Shown: positions 1-13,459, counted from the first letter of the whole stretch. The stretch is DNA of 61,045 nt, filler included, from Dugesia japonica (GCA_001938525.1; 6 parts of 6 records of this genome joined end to end with filler, not necessarily neighbours in it), one strand, 5' to 3'. The notes: a model not told the origin generated them from the sequence alone. Numbers and translations are program-made.

Positions 1-462
1 GCAGCTTAATACATGTAACGACTTTTATATTTAATTTTTATTCTTAAAGTAGAGAAATAACTTAACATATTGTGTTTGTATATGAATTAAAAAATAAATA
101 TAATAATGATTATTTGCATGTAAATGAGACTTAATAATAATTTTCGTAACTGAAAAAAGCGGACTTATTAAATAGAAAAAAACTTTTAAAACAATAGTGT
201 ATATTTTTAGAAAATTCTTTATATTTTATTCAGATTCATTTCTTTAAATATAATCTGATTTTGAAAACATGACATCCAAAGGTTTTATTTCTAAGCAAAA
301 TTAATTTTATGATATTGAAGTATGATAAATCTATTTTTTAAATTGTTTAAAAACTTCAAAAATTATTTTTATAAAAACCATTGATGTCTAAATAAATAAA
401 CTTGTTTTTAACAAATAATTTTTTATTTCAAAAAATTATTTTACAAGCAAAGATCAAGGTTG

Positions 463-509
463 CAGTTCTTTTATTTTCAATATTATAGTGTAGCCTTCTT
501 CAGGAACTG
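463..509 (-). ncRNA. degenerate minimal type I hammerhead-like motif (Penelope pLTR type)
   Basis: Minus strand reads cagttc-CTGAAGA-aggctacactataatatt-GAAA-ataaaa-gaactg. Stem I (cagttc/gaactg) is perfect; stem II and the cleavage triplet are decayed. Confidence 0.35.
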
Positions 510-577
510 TTGTTCAGTAAATTCTTATTACAGACTTTGACATAAAGACAGATTTTAAATAAATTTTAGTAAAATCA

Positions 578-735
578 ATTTTCATTGTATTTTAATTGTA
601 TTATGAAATTAAATGAACATTTTCTCGATTAATTAAAACAATTTTAAAAATCGATTTATCATAATACTTTGCAGCCATTAACTGAGAAAATGTTCATTTA
701 ATTTTATATTACAATTAAAATCTAATGAAAATTTG
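578..735. repeat. ~50-bp imperfect inverted repeat pair
   Basis: aattttcattgtattttaattgtattatgaaattaaatgaacattttctc (578-627) is the reverse complement, with few mismatches, of gagaaaatgttcatttaattttatattacaattaaaatctaatgaaaatt (~685-735). Confidence 0.6.
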
Positions 736-2322
736 TTGTTAAAACTAGTTTATATATTAAATTACATTATACTGGTATATTAGAACAATGTGGATAAGTA
801 AATAATTGAATGTTAAACATCTTGGCAGTAATATATGTATTGAGTTATTTTCCATATAAAATTTAATATTTACATAAAGAAACTTACAAAAACCATCAAT
901 TTTATTTTTATTAAATGTGGAAATTGGAATAATAAAGTGTAAAATCATCAGGTTTTTCAATAAATATTGAACTTTCTTATAAAATTGTGGCTGGCCAATT
1001 GTAATAAATACGGTGTTCGGTGAAATGGCACAAACTAAAATAAAAATAAAACTCTTAGTAGTTTTAAGAAGATTTTATACTATATAATATTAAACTTTCA
1101 CTAAATTTACAATAGCAATTTAATTTCTTCATTGATATTCCATTATAAATTTGTTATATATATTTGATATTTACTAAAATTGTTAAGAAATTGTAATTAT
1201 TATTTTAGGAAAAATTATGATAATTATTTGAGTATATGTAAAGGAATCTCGTTTTGTCATTTTTTAAATAAATTTTTACAAAAAATAATAAATGATTTAA
1301 AAGAATTTTTGTTGGTTATGATTTTGTTTGAATATTGTTGTTTTTTATCAGCTAAAAACTGTCAATAAATTTGATCTCAAAAAAATTTTATTTTTAAAAA
1401 TAATAAGAAATTTAAAAACGTGAAAAACAGTCCATTAAATTAAATGAAATTATAAGTTATTTTATTTGGAGGTGGTTTTAAATTATAAGGACTGGGTTAT
1501 TATAAATTCAAAACAATTATCAAAAATATTTTAAATAATTTTATTATAAGCTTTTGTCTTAATCTCCAAATAATTTTCTTTAAAAAAAAAATCGAAATTA
1601 ATACAATTAATAAACATTAAAGCTTCTAAAATTTATTAAATAAATAAAATGAGAGTGTAATTTTATCTAGTAACATCAAACAAAGTTACTAAATTTCATA
1701 CAGCAAAATGTAATTTGATAGTATTTTATCCGAAATTTATGTCCCTCTATAGTAATTTTATAGTTAGCCATTATTAGTAAATGAGGTATTCATACAAAAT
1801 TTTGTAAAAGTATTAGAGCAAATAAAATTAATGAAAAATATATTTACTTGATTTAAACAAAATGAATATCGATTTTGATTCATTAACCGACTGGAAATTG
1901 ATAGACGCATAGGAATTATTTATAGTGTGTATGTGCACAATTTCTTCCGCATTCAAGTCATTAACATCATAAATANNNNNNNNNNNNNNNNNNNNNNNNN
2001 NNNNNNNNNNNNNNNNNNNNNNNNNNNNNNNNNNNNNNNNNNNNNNNNNNNNNNNNNNNNNNNNNNNNNNNNNNNNNNNNNNNNNNNNNNNNNNNNNNNN
2101 NNNNNNNNNNNNNNNNNNNNNNNNNNNNNNNNNNNNNNNNNNNNNNNNNNNNNNNNNNNNNNNNNNNNNNNNNNNNNNNNNNNNNNNNNNNAAATTGTTT
2201 GCATGGAAATTTAGTTTCTTACATAAAGTTTTTACATTTTGGAATGAAAATGCAAATGTTTTGTTTTAATGTAAAATTTTATTTTATAGTGAAAATAATC
2301 TACTTTTAAAAATGAGTAAGAA

Positions 2323-2324
<2 letters not shown>

Positions 2325-2388
<64 letters not shown>

Positions 2389-2446
2389 NNNNNNNNNNNN
2401 NNNNNNNNNNNNNNNNNNNNNNNNNNNNNNNNNNNNNNTTATTATT
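2325..2446. repeat. (ATT)n microsatellite spanning a gap
   Basis: Direct inspection; it also explains the poly-Ile ORF 2284-2481. Confidence 0.95.
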
Positions 2447-3569
2447 AACTTTATTTCATAAAAAATTTTCAAGCTTACCAATATTTAGCGAACCTATTTC
2501 ATAAAATTTACCAATGATAATAAAAGCAATTACTAATAATCTGGATGTCATGTTAAGTAATATTTTGAAAAATTTTGATCACTTTTATAATAAAAGTTGT
2601 GGAGTCATAACGGTATATCAATAATATCACTTTCAAAACAAGTAGTTTATTGAAGCATGACTCGATGGAAATCTTTGGATAATATCAATTTTCTAAATAT
2701 ATTCAAGAATTATTTACATTAGGACATTATTTTAATTATAATATTTATTATAAAAAATAATTCCATATTATTTTGCCGAAATTAATAAATTTAAAATAGA
2801 CGAATCACATAATTTTGAATTAATTTGTTAACGTGAACTGTGTATTATTATCTAAAAAATAAAAAATTACCATTATGGTGTAGATGCATTCGTTGATAAT
2901 TCAGAGGTGTTAGAATTTAGCGATAGTAATGCTGCCATTAAAATCTTAAGTATAAATTTTAATTATATTGCGAATATAATTGAAAAACTAGAATTGCCAG
3001 GAAATTTCCTTGAACTTCAATGTTTGTGCCTATTTGAAAACCAGATAATATGAGAAAACCAGAGGAAATTATGAAAACTTCTCCAAATCGAATTGTATAA
3101 AATATTTAGAGATTATATCAAAAAGCTTTATTTTTCAATATTTTCTAAAATTAAGTCTTTTTTAACAAAGAAATTATATACTACAAAGTAATGAGTTTTT
3201 TTATTAATCATTCGTTTATTTATTTATCTTGTTTTTAGTTAGTTATTTTGAATGTTGCAAATGTAATTTCTACAATATTCTCGTAATTATATTTTTGCTT
3301 TGATTATTGTATCTTTAATTTTTTAATTTAACTGTAAACTATGGTTGTGAATTTTAATATATACCATCATTGATCTTTATATATTTGATATAATAAATTG
3401 ACATAGGTATTTGATAATTGTTGAAAGTATTCTTGAATTTAAGATTGTGCGTATGATATGTAGAACTCGAACATGAATATATAATTGATTTCTCAAAAAC
3501 TAAATATATTTATTGTAGTGTATCATTTTTTGTTATTAATAAATATATTATGATCTATTCTATTGAAAA

Positions 3570-3590
3570 ATTTAACATGGCGACCACGTA
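3570..3590 (+). other. possible LTR end plus primer-binding site of a decayed Gypsy element
   Basis: ...tttaaCA-TGGCGACCACG, a CA/TGG junction typical of LTR-PBS. Downstream sequence is too decayed to confirm gag. Confidence 0.3.
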
Positions 3591-4199
3591 TATCCTGAAC
3601 CTTTGAATTTCTACAACCAAGAATTTTGAGATAATATGATATATTGTAGAATTTATTAACAAAGTAAACAGATTTTTGAAATTTATTGAATCATAATCAA
3701 TTTGACAACTCAAATTATTTGAAAAAATGGATTCAAGGATTGAAAGTTTTCAAACACGATGTAAAGAAGCTTCTTCACTATCTTTGTAAAAGTCAATTAA
3801 TGCTTTAAATATCATCACCTTCATTTCTTGCAAAGGTTTACAAAATTGGATAATAATATTTTGCGTCATCAATTAACGAAAGAAAGATTTGTTAAATTTC
3901 TTTTGAAATTTAATATATGATAGTTCTAATCTAATTTAAAGTATAAAGCATTGACGATGTTGAAAAACTCAAAGAAGTTAATGTTAATTTAATGGATTAA
4001 TTAGATAAATATAATTAGAATATAGATTACCAGAAATAAAGGAAAGGGTAAGGCATGTAACAGTAACACGTAAAATACAACATTTAAGTAATAAATTCAG
4101 TAAATCTAGATTTGATGAAAATTTAAATCAAAATAAAATTGAATAACAAAGGATCTCTATTAAAAGAAAACGTTTTATTGTAGTATATAGAATCTGATT

Positions 4200-5590
4200 C
4201 ATCTTTCTCTACATGTTAATTAACAGTTAGACTTGGCTCTTCAAAATCAGTCATCTATCGCATTTTAAAGCCCCTTAGCTTGTCACTGGTTGACCAACCT
4301 GACTAACACTACATTTACGTGGCTGATTCATCTGTAACCTTATTTTACCTGACCAACTTACTTCTATACAACTAATCTTATTTTAATCTTATTTTAACTC
4401 TCCCGCACAAATCGATTTTGTTTTATTTAATCCATTTATTTAATGTATTCATCNNTACAAACTTAATATATATTNAGTAATGATTTACTATTGTGATTGG
4501 CTTAACTTATTTTTAACTTGTATTTTACTATTTTTAACTGATGATGGATGATATCTCCCTTTTGAGTTTAAATTTACTTTTAATCAATAATGTTATTTTT
4601 AACTGCTGCTTTCAACTATTGTGTTGATATTGAACTCGACTTAATTTCAGTGCCACTAAAAGATTTGTATTATGATAATTTAGACTCAAAAAAGCAAAGT
4701 TTAATGTTTAGTCTTATTTCTCTTAGACATCCAAATCTCAATACCTACTGCTCAAAAATAGCTTTTCGTATGGTTTCCTTGGCATGCCTAGGCAGTGTAA
4801 TAAAAAACAAATATTTACTGAACTGTCTATTATTCTAAGTAAGTATTTTTCTCTTCCACTTGTTGGCCTACATACATCCTTGAATATAACTTCAAACAAA
4901 GTAGTAGGTTCTAATTTTTTTGTTTTCTCTTTAATTGTTGTCGTCAATACTTTGGTCTTATGACAAAGCTTCACAGCTAAAATCTATATTAGGTATTTGC
5001 CTCCACAAATTCTTTACAATGTATTCGTTTCTCATATATTCCTACCACTTTTCAACTCTTACATGACACATATTTCTTTTATTTTTTTCTTTTATTGTTT
5101 TTTATATTTTGTCCGAAATTTTAATTTTCTTGATTAAATCGTTTTTCAGAAATGTTTAATTAATACTCGTTTTTTTTCCTATTGTGTTCAGTATTCTTGT
5201 TTTAATCTGATGACGTAGGTCGTTTCTCCATGAAAGTTAGAACTTTATAATCTATCCTATGAGAAAATCTTATTTCGTATAAATAATGTTTAAAATATTT
5301 AAAGAAATAATAAACAGTCAATAACTGTTTTCGTGTTATGAAGAATTCTTTTTTATTACCTATAATTGAGTGTGATCCATAGATAACAACTTTTTCTCTT
5401 CCTTTATCTCTTTGTAACAATACTACTTTATTTATACCAAAACTGGCATCTGTATTTAATATAAGTTCTTCATTAATGTCTGGAAAATACAATATTGGAG
5501 CAGTCAAAAGAGCTTACTTCAGACCCTCAAAAGTATCATTTATTTTATTTGTCCATTCTAACTTCTTTTTGCTTGGTCGACTACACAACT
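4200..5590 (-). pseudogene. pol: Ty3/Gypsy pol fragment (RNase H and integrase), decayed
   Basis: ORF 5202-5507 TAPILYFPD..LILNTDAS..VLLQ..E.VV.YGS is RT-RNase H like. ORF 4738-4974 CHKTKV..LFEVIFKDVC..YLL.II is the integrase zinc-finger/core junction. The DNA matches the 57.4-58.1 kb copy. Confidence 0.8.
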
Positions 5591-5607
5591 GTTTTCTATG
5601 TAATAGG

Positions 5608-5966
5608 TAGATTGGTCAGCATGACCCCATCATTTTGATTGGTCAATTCCAAAAATTATCTTACCCCCCTCCTCCTACCCCCTCGCGAAAACAGATTAAA
5701 GATGGGTCTGCGATTGTATGAGTTATCGTGCATATATTGATTATCGATTACCGACTAATGATTATTGATCTGATTGATTTGTGATTATCGATTTTTGAAG
5801 TGAATATTGATTTCTAAAGTTTTTTTTGATGTGCAAGTTCGTTTTAGAGTGCTCAGAAGAGGGGGGAAGGTCGGGGAGGTCGGGGAAGTTGAGAAGGGGG
5901 GGAGGGCGGGATAAATGTGTTGGAATTGACCAATCAAAATAATGAGGTCATGCTGACTAATCCACC
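5608..5966. repeat. ~360-bp foldback element with ~45-bp (extendable) inverted arms and C-rich/G-rich inner arms
   Basis: agattggtcagcatgaccccatcattttgattggtcaattccaa versus the reverse complement of ttggaattgaccaatcaaaataatgaggtcatgctgactaatcc. Confidence 0.75.
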
Positions 5967-6824
5967 GCGGTTTTGTTTAATTTAAGTCTAATTTTTTGAA
6001 TTTCAAATTTTTGTTTTAATTATCAAATAAATTAAGCGGGAAATTCAAATTTTAAAAAATTTTGGGCGGGAAATTCAATTTTTTGGACTAACTTTTTTTT
6101 ACCTTTTTTAAAATTTTTTTTTATTTTTTATAAGGTTTCAATGATGTATTTCAATAGACTTTTTATGTCTGTATGTAATGAAATAGATAAATTTTTACAA
6201 TAATGTTTCTGTTGGTTACAGTGACGCGTTTTCAGATTTCAGTTAATAGGTTCTAATGTTGCGGTTTTTTGTTGGATTTTGATGATTTTTGCTTTGATTG
6301 AAAGAGGAACATGCTGGACAGGTGATGGTGAAAAGGTTTAGTAATTCATATGTGACGGTGCTTGTGTGTATAAAAATGTGTTTTATAAATGAAATTCGCG
6401 GCAGAATGTGTGACGGGTGATAATTTTCGTGTTTCGAAGATATATTTGAGTTTGCTATCAAAATCGGTCTATAGGTTGTCAAAGGTAACTATGAGCTAAA
6501 ATGTTTGTGTGTTGCATGAATGCAGCTTTTGTGTTACAAAAGGACTTTCAAGTATATTTAATGGATTTATAAGATTAAAAATTATTAAAAATTATTTGAC
6601 ATCTGATTTTGAGTGATTTTGTGTTGCTTATTTATTGGACCAGAGTTGCATCCTTCATGCATTAATTTTTTTTGCTCATTAAAATTATTTGCGTTAATTA
6701 AATAATATAAAAAACCAATTTTCAAAAAAACATTTATTAATAAAACATTACACCTAATTTTCATATTCTTCAGCTGCTGCAAGTATGGAATCCTTTAGAA
6801 TCTCATAAAATATAACTATTAAAA

Positions 6825-7110
6825 TATAACCAAAGAGGGGAGTCTATGAGATATTTATATGATAAAATATAACTTTCAAAAAAAGAATAACCAAAGAGTT
6901 GAGTCCGTATGTTTTATTACATCTTTTATTATTAAATATTTTATTATTGAATATAATTAAACTTAACTAAAGAACGGAGTCAATGGGTATTTACATAATA
7001 AAATAAATGAAATATATATTCAAAAAGACCAAAGAATGGAGTCCATAAATATTTTTTATTATAGAATAAAATTAAATTATCCAAAGAGCGGAGTCTATGT
7101 GATATTTTCG
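6825..7110 (+). repeat. five spaced copies of motif CCAAAGANNGGAGTC
   Basis: Copies at ~6830, 6891, 6967, 7029 and 7081. The adjacent 7100-7500 sequence is homologous to 26780-27020. Confidence 0.7.
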
Positions 7111-7469
7111 TGATAAAATATTCAAATTAAAACTTTTCTTTACAAGATGATAAGAAACATAGAACGTTTTTCATAAAAACATATTACTAGTGACACTTTT
7201 CTCTAAAGTTCTTATTACTAGTGACAATTGGATATAAAATAACCAATTAATCATGCAATTTTTAGTAGAAAATCTCATTAGTGTTGCAATTTTTAATAAA
7301 AAATATCATTAGTGATGCAATTTTTAATAGAAAAATATTAACTGAGAAGATTTCTGAGAACAATATGATAAAAGCATAGAACGTTTTTTCATAAAAATCA
7401 TAAATTCATGGAACCTTTCCATATATAACTAATAAGTCTATATAAAAANNNNNNNNNAAATATTTTTAT

Positions 7470-7590
7470 GATTGTATAGGATTAATGAGTATAGGGTTTA
7501 TGAGTATATTATTTGCATAGTTACCTTGTATTATATACAAAGTAACTCTGTTTTATAGGGTTTATGAGTATATTATTTACATAATAACGA
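7470..7590. repeat. short degenerate satellite (TATAGGGTTTATGAGT-like)
   Basis: Same unit as the longer array at 27000-27860. Confidence 0.6.
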
Positions 7591-8652
7591 TGTAATAAGA
7601 GGTCACCCTACAAAATGTATGTTCATAAAATTAATTATCGTACATTAATTTATTCAAATTATTGTATAACTTAGTTTATTTTATTTTAGAAACCAGTTTC
7701 AATAAAAAGATCCAAAGTTAGATTGCTTCTATCTAGAATTCATGAGAAAGATAGAAATAAACCGGAAGCCATGTTTGCAAGATAAAGCAGGTAAATTGAA
7801 GTCAGAGAGTCTATTTATATAGATTTTAAAGAAAAGAACAGGAACAATATGAAGACGACAGTTAAGATATGATTCAAGTGGAAATTACATGCTTTAAGTA
7901 GTCCATTGATTCGGTCGGAGTAATAGGGAAAGTCAAAAACATCGAAAAAAAGATCTAAATTTGTTTACTTGATGTTAATTTTATGTTATTTTTTATTGAA
8001 ATAAATATTTGTGTAATAAATCTTGTAAATTTTATTTAAAAACTGAGTAAAAATAAACTAAGTAAGTAAAACAAAGACTTAGTAATAATACATTTATTAA
8101 TAAAAACACAAATATTCATTAAAATGATTAAGTTCACCCAGATCGTTCTCCATGTCGACATAAAAGTTAAACTGCGCACCCGATACAATCAGGTTCGCAA
8201 AATTCAACATCCATGAACTGATTAACAATAGAGTCCATGAGCACCGGTTTTCTTTCTTCATCGAGCATCCCTCGTTTCTCCAATATGTCTGTAAGCATTC
8301 CTAAATTAAATTTATTAATAAAATTATAAAATTNNNNNNNNNNNNNNNNNNNNNNNNNNNNNNNNNNNNNNNNNNNNNNNNNNCCTCGTTTCTCCAATAT
8401 GTCTGTAAGCATTCCTAAATTAAATTTATTAATAAAATTATAAAATTAATAAATGACTAACCTCTTTTGCTAAATTGCCCTTCAATTATCTTCATTTTTT
8501 CCTGTATTTGATGAATTCATTTTTTAATTACAAGAAATAATAATGAAATGTATTATATATATGCATAATAAAAAACCACAAAGTAATATATTAATTATTT
8601 GAAAATTTGTTTACTTGAATTGTAAAGGTTTTGCATTCGTGTTGCGAATTTT

Positions 8653-8888
8653 CTAAATTTTATCAAGCAAATTGAATAGATCTGANNNNNNNNNNNNNNN
8701 NNNNNNNNNNNNNNNNNNNNNNNNNNNNNNNNNNNNNNNNNNNNNNNNNNNNNTTGAGACCACATTTACACATAAAGAGTCATATTTTACAAGTCTCAGA
8801 GCAGGAAATAACTCTGGTTCGAACCAAAAATTGACTCTTCTTTCTAATTTATACAAATTTATTGAAACTCTAATATTGACGACAAGTC
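8653..8888 (-). pseudogene. TATA-binding-protein (TBP)-like fragment in a Polinton context
   Basis: LVVNIRVSINLYKLERRVNFWFEPELFPALRLVKYDSLCVNVVS resembles the TBP repeat signature YEPELFPGL..IFxSGK. The expected SGK lies in the N gap. Confidence 0.6.
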
Positions 8889-8895
8889 AAAATTA

Positions 8896-9253
8896 AAAAA
8901 CTTATATTGGCATAAGGGTGCTGATGAGAAGCATGGACTGTCTAAATCTGAATTTTGTAATATTAAAAGGAAAATTATAAATGGTTTTAATTCTAATTGG
9001 AGCAAAAGATTAAGACCAGGCGATGTTATAGTTGTTGATGATCTGTATCAAGAGGCAAACAAAGAAAAGGATTTCAATAATTTATTCACAAAAATATTGA
9101 GACATCGTAATGTGACTTTGATATTTATTACTCAAAATCTATTTCATCAATAATGTAGTCATAGAACCCGTAATTTAAATGTACAATATTTGGTTCTATT
9201 CAAAAATCCTAGAGTTCAAAATGTTGTTAATTTTCTAGAAGGACAAGCATATC
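8896..9253 (+). pseudogene. Polinton/Maverick A32/FtsK-like packaging ATPase, C-terminal part
   Basis: Manual translation (absent from the ORF track): DVIVVDDLYQEANKEKDFNNLFTKILRHRNVTLIFITQNLFHQ*CSHRTRNLNVQYLVLFKNPR. This carries Walker B hhhhDD, the RHxxxxhhhhxQ motif and R..N...VLFKNPR; there is one stop at 9151. Confidence 0.88.
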
Positions 9254-9388
9254 NNNNNNNNNNNNNNNNNNNNNNNNNNNNNNNNNNNNNNNNNNNNTTA
9301 ATTAATTAANNNNNNNNNNNNNNNNNNNNNNNNNNNNNNNNNNNNNNNNNNNNCGGGAAGTCGTATCTTTAAAGTTACATGCGAAATA

Positions 9389-11516
9389 CCGTATTTTCAG
9401 GTATATAATACGCACTTCATAATAAATTAAAATTTTATTAAGGAAAAAAATATTGACATAATACGCAGATATAATTTATTTAAATTTGCGTAATTTATAA
9501 TTTAAAGTTACCTATTTTCTGGTATATAATAGGCGATTAATACTTAAATAGATATTTATTTTGATGTTTTAGATAAAAATCATAATGATTAAGGAAAACA
9601 GAAAATCTTATACAGCGAAACAAAAATGGAAATTTTAATATATGCAGAATCAAATGGAAATAGAAAAGCTAGTCGATATTATGAGGTAAACGAATCGAAC
9701 ATTAGATCCTGGAAGAAAATGCAAAATATTATAGAAAAACTTCCAAAAACAAAACGAGCTATTATAAATGGGAGCGTTAAGTTTCCGGAAATCGAAAGAT
9801 TATGTTTTAGAATTAAGTTAAAAAGGTATAAAAATTTCAACAATTGAATTATTAAGAAAGCAAAAATTATTGCTGAACAAGATGAAATTTATGATTTTGT
9901 TGGTCAGCCTTCGTGGGGTTTCAACTTTTTGAAAAGAAATAATTAATCAATTAGAACATCAACAAGCATTGGTCAAAAGTTACTAATTGATTTGGAGGCA
10001 AAAGTTGAAGCTTTTAGAAATTATGTAAAAAGTATTTGACATTGAAGATTTACATTTTGGTAATATGGATGAAATTTCAATTTCTTTTGATTTTCCGGCT
10101 TCTAAAACAGTAAATTCAAAAGGAGCAAAAGAAGTTACAATTACAACCATAGGCCATGAAAAAAGTAACTTTACAGTTATTTTGGGAGTCACAAAGGATG
10201 GTTCAAAATATTTAAACGAAAAACTTTACCAAAAGTTAATTTTCCAAATGGTATATATATATATATATATACAGTGTAACGATAAGGGATGGGTTAATCA
10301 AAATATTATGCAGTTTTGGTTGAATAATATTTGGAAAAAACGTAAAAATGCTTTNNNNNAATACTAAATCCTTACTCATGATGGACTCATGTCGTGCTCA
10401 TTTAACAGACGTAATTAAAAGGAAGTGAGTAAGTATTCATATTTAGCCATTAACCCTGGTGAACTTACAAAGAAGCTACAGCCTTTGGATTTGACAGTGA
10501 ATACAAAATTAGAGAACAATGGAATCAATGGATGATTAATGCAAATTTTGATTACACAAAAAGTGCATGGAGAATAAAAANNNNNNNNNNNNNNNNNNNN
10601 NNNNNNNNNNNNNNNNNNNNNNNNNNNNNNNNNNNNNNNNNNNNNNNNNNNNNNNNNNNNNNNNNNNNNNNNNNNNNNNNNNNNNNNNNNNNNNNNNNNN
10701 NNNNNNNNNNNNNNNNNNNNNNNNNNNNNNNNNNNNNNNNNNNNNNNNNNNNNNNNNNNNNNNNNNNNNNNNNNNNNNNNNNNNNNNNNNAATTTGATGG
10801 TTTTTAATTAATTTTATTTTTTAAACTGTTCTGTTCTTTTAGTTTTTTTAAATGTTAATATTCCATAATGAAAGTTATTTAACTAAACTAGGTAAATCCT
10901 TTAAAAATCCTTGTACTTTAAAGAAATTTTACAAAATTGNNNNNNNNNNNNNNNNNNNNNNNNNNNNNNNNNNNNNNNNNNNNNNNNNNAATTAGAGAAC
11001 AATGGAATCAATGGATGATTAATGCAAATTTTGATTACACAAAAAGTGCATGGAGAATAAAAAGAGCAAGTTATTCAGAAATTTCAAAGTGGATCCTTGA
11101 AAGCTGGAATAATGTGAAAACAGAATGTATAATCAATGGATTTAAAAAATCAATGGATGCAGATGTAGTAATGGATACTGAAACTACTAATCTTGACAAT
11201 GGATNTCTTAATGATAATTTACATCCAGAAGTACGTGTTGCCATTGAATCATTAGATATTAATGCTGATGAANAATTTGATGGTTTTTAATTAATTTTAT
11301 TTTTTAAACTGTTCTGTTCTTTTAGTTTTTTTAAATGTTAATATTCCATAATGAAAGTTATTTAACTAAACTAGGTAAATCCTTTAAAAATCCTTGTACT
11401 TTAAAGAAATTTTACAAAATTGTATAGTACGCACAAGTGTAAAATGCGCAGTTATAATTTTCTAAAAAAATATGTTTTGTACGTACAGTACGCGTATTTT
11501 ATACCTGAAAATACGG
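9389..11516 (+). mobile_element. pogo/Tigger-type DNA transposon
   Basis: 25-bp TIRs CCGTATTTTCAGGTATA(T/A)AATACGC; TA TSD at 9387-88 and 11517-18; transposase remnants inside. Confidence 0.92.
9585..11290 (+). pseudogene. pogo transposase (Brinker-like DBD, CENP-B HTH, DDE_1), frameshifted
   Basis: RKSYTAKQKMEIL..GNRKASR..NIRSWKK; GNMDEISISFD..TIGHEKSNFTVILGV; LLMMDSCRAH; LTKKLQPLDLTVN. Confidence 0.88.
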
Positions 11517-13459
11517 TACTTCGTTATAGACTACGTTGTGATTAAATTCTTCGTCGTCTTCAGCAACTGACATTACTCGTTTGATTGTAAAATTTTCACT
11601 TTAATATTGTAGCCTTTGCCAGCATGTCAAAAAGGTAACATATATAGCTGGCCTGACCGAATACCATGCCATCTTTGACTTTGGGATTTGATCATGCCAA
11701 TGTAGAACGCTGCAGTCACCGAGAATTGACGTTGTCGCAAGACATATGGCAAGGTAGTGCAAGAATAATTGCAGGAACTGTGACTAAATTACCGCAATTG
11801 CACTAAGAAATAATTCTTGCAGTGATTGTATTTCAAGAAAGATACTCAACCACCAATCGTGTGNAGTTGCATAAACTCTTCTTCAACATCATGATAATAG
11901 TTTCACTCTTAAGCAACAATATTAGTGGAGGCATGCAGGATAGAGTCGATTACGTTAGAAATTCGGTAGTTAAATTCATAGCTGCAACAGAAAGTGGTAT
12001 TTGATCGCGACCTGGCACGATTGACAAAAGTTTCGTATACAAGTAAGTGTCACGGAGCTGTCGTGGTATTTGATATGTAACTGCTTCTATACAACGAACC
12101 AACTCGCTTTTTTGACACACGTAAATGGCAGACAGCTTCAGGAGCTCTTACGTAAAGGCAGTTAAAAAATTAGTGATTTCGTCATACTTAAGCAGCTGCT
12201 TTCCGTCTGATGTAACTGTAATGTTTGCACAGTCGAAGCCTTTAATAATGTACTTGATGACTGACAAAGTCGTGCACATCTCAACGTTTATATGCTCGTT
12301 GTACTTCATCAAGATATAAGGGCTGTACGGTATGGCAGAATGGTTGTCCGTCGATACACCTAGGACTAAAGCTAGTTCACTTTGGTGACGTATGTACACT
12401 GGATAGCCGCAAACATTTGAGATCATCATTTTGTTGAAGTCTTTGAGGAATTTCTTTTAGCAAACACTATTTTCCATGCATAGGAAATGAAAATTATTGA
12501 CGCCGCATGGTCCGAAGGTCTCATTTTTAAAATTTTCTGCTTTCATAAATTTTTTTGATTTTTTTTTAAAATAAATTTCATTGAAAGTTTAAAAATTTTC
12601 ATTAAAACTAGTAAAATTATCTTCATTGAAGTTGGTCATTTTTGAAAACTTTTCTTGGTCAGTTTCTGAATTATTTTTATTAAATTGTTCACATTTTTTA
12701 AAATGGCTAATCATTAATAAATTTTCAATAAAATAAATATAAATATGTATTATTAGTTTTGATCTTTAAAACTTGAGTTCCAAATAGGCCGGGTTTTTTT
12801 CTCTTAATACAATAGAAAATAAATTATTTAAGAGATTGTTTCCACATTAGAAATTTTCCAAATAGGCGGGATTCCACATTAGAGTGTTTTACTATAGTGG
12901 GTTAATAAAGTATAAAAGGCTCAATTTTCATAAAACTTTTTTTAAAAAGAGAACAATTTTGATTCGTTAGTTTGTTTTTCTCTTTGTTTATTTTTATATT
13001 TATCGATATTTTATTTAGTATATGAACAATATGGAGAAAATGAAGAATCTAATAAATGTAACAAAAATGGTTAATTTAAATTTATTTGATAATATTAATT
13101 TATAATTTCAGATTTATGATAATTCTAATGAAAGAAAAAGCAACATGAAGATAAAAAATTCGATTATTGTAAATTTATTATTAGTTAATATTATTATTTC
13201 AGAAATGTGATGATATTAATGTTGTTTCTGATGTTGCTGCAAGATATACAAATGATTATGTTAAGCGTTAGTTTATATTTCGGTAATAATTTTTTGTAAC
13301 TACTTTTCATGATTTTTTTCCGAATATTACTTTATCATAAATTATTATATTAACATATACATTATACTAAAATTATATCTATGTATCATTACAGAACAAT
13401 GTTCATTATACAAATATTATTGCGGAATGAATTAATAGTAAAATAGTAAAATATATTAA

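Larger units (their letters stand above)
9354..12520 (-). mobile_element. Helitron RepHel remnant (internally deleted), interrupted by the pogo element
   Basis: IPYSPYILMKYNEHINVEMCTTLSVIKY..GFDCA..DEITNF is a Helitron Rep motif. EAVTYQIPRQLR is also present. Removing pogo restores the RepHel C-terminus NIKVKI...NVVYNEVFRM*. Confidence 0.85.

Noticed and set aside
6825-7110. CRISPR-like spaced repeats
   Set aside because: Repeats are short and degenerate, spacing is irregular, spacers are low-complexity AT, there are no cas genes and the context is eukaryotic.
10507-11420. Tandem duplication of the pogo 3' region
   Set aside because: Identical sequence on both sides of N gaps is most likely unmerged overlap; the same applies to 8270-8445, 40805-40954 and 42117-42205.
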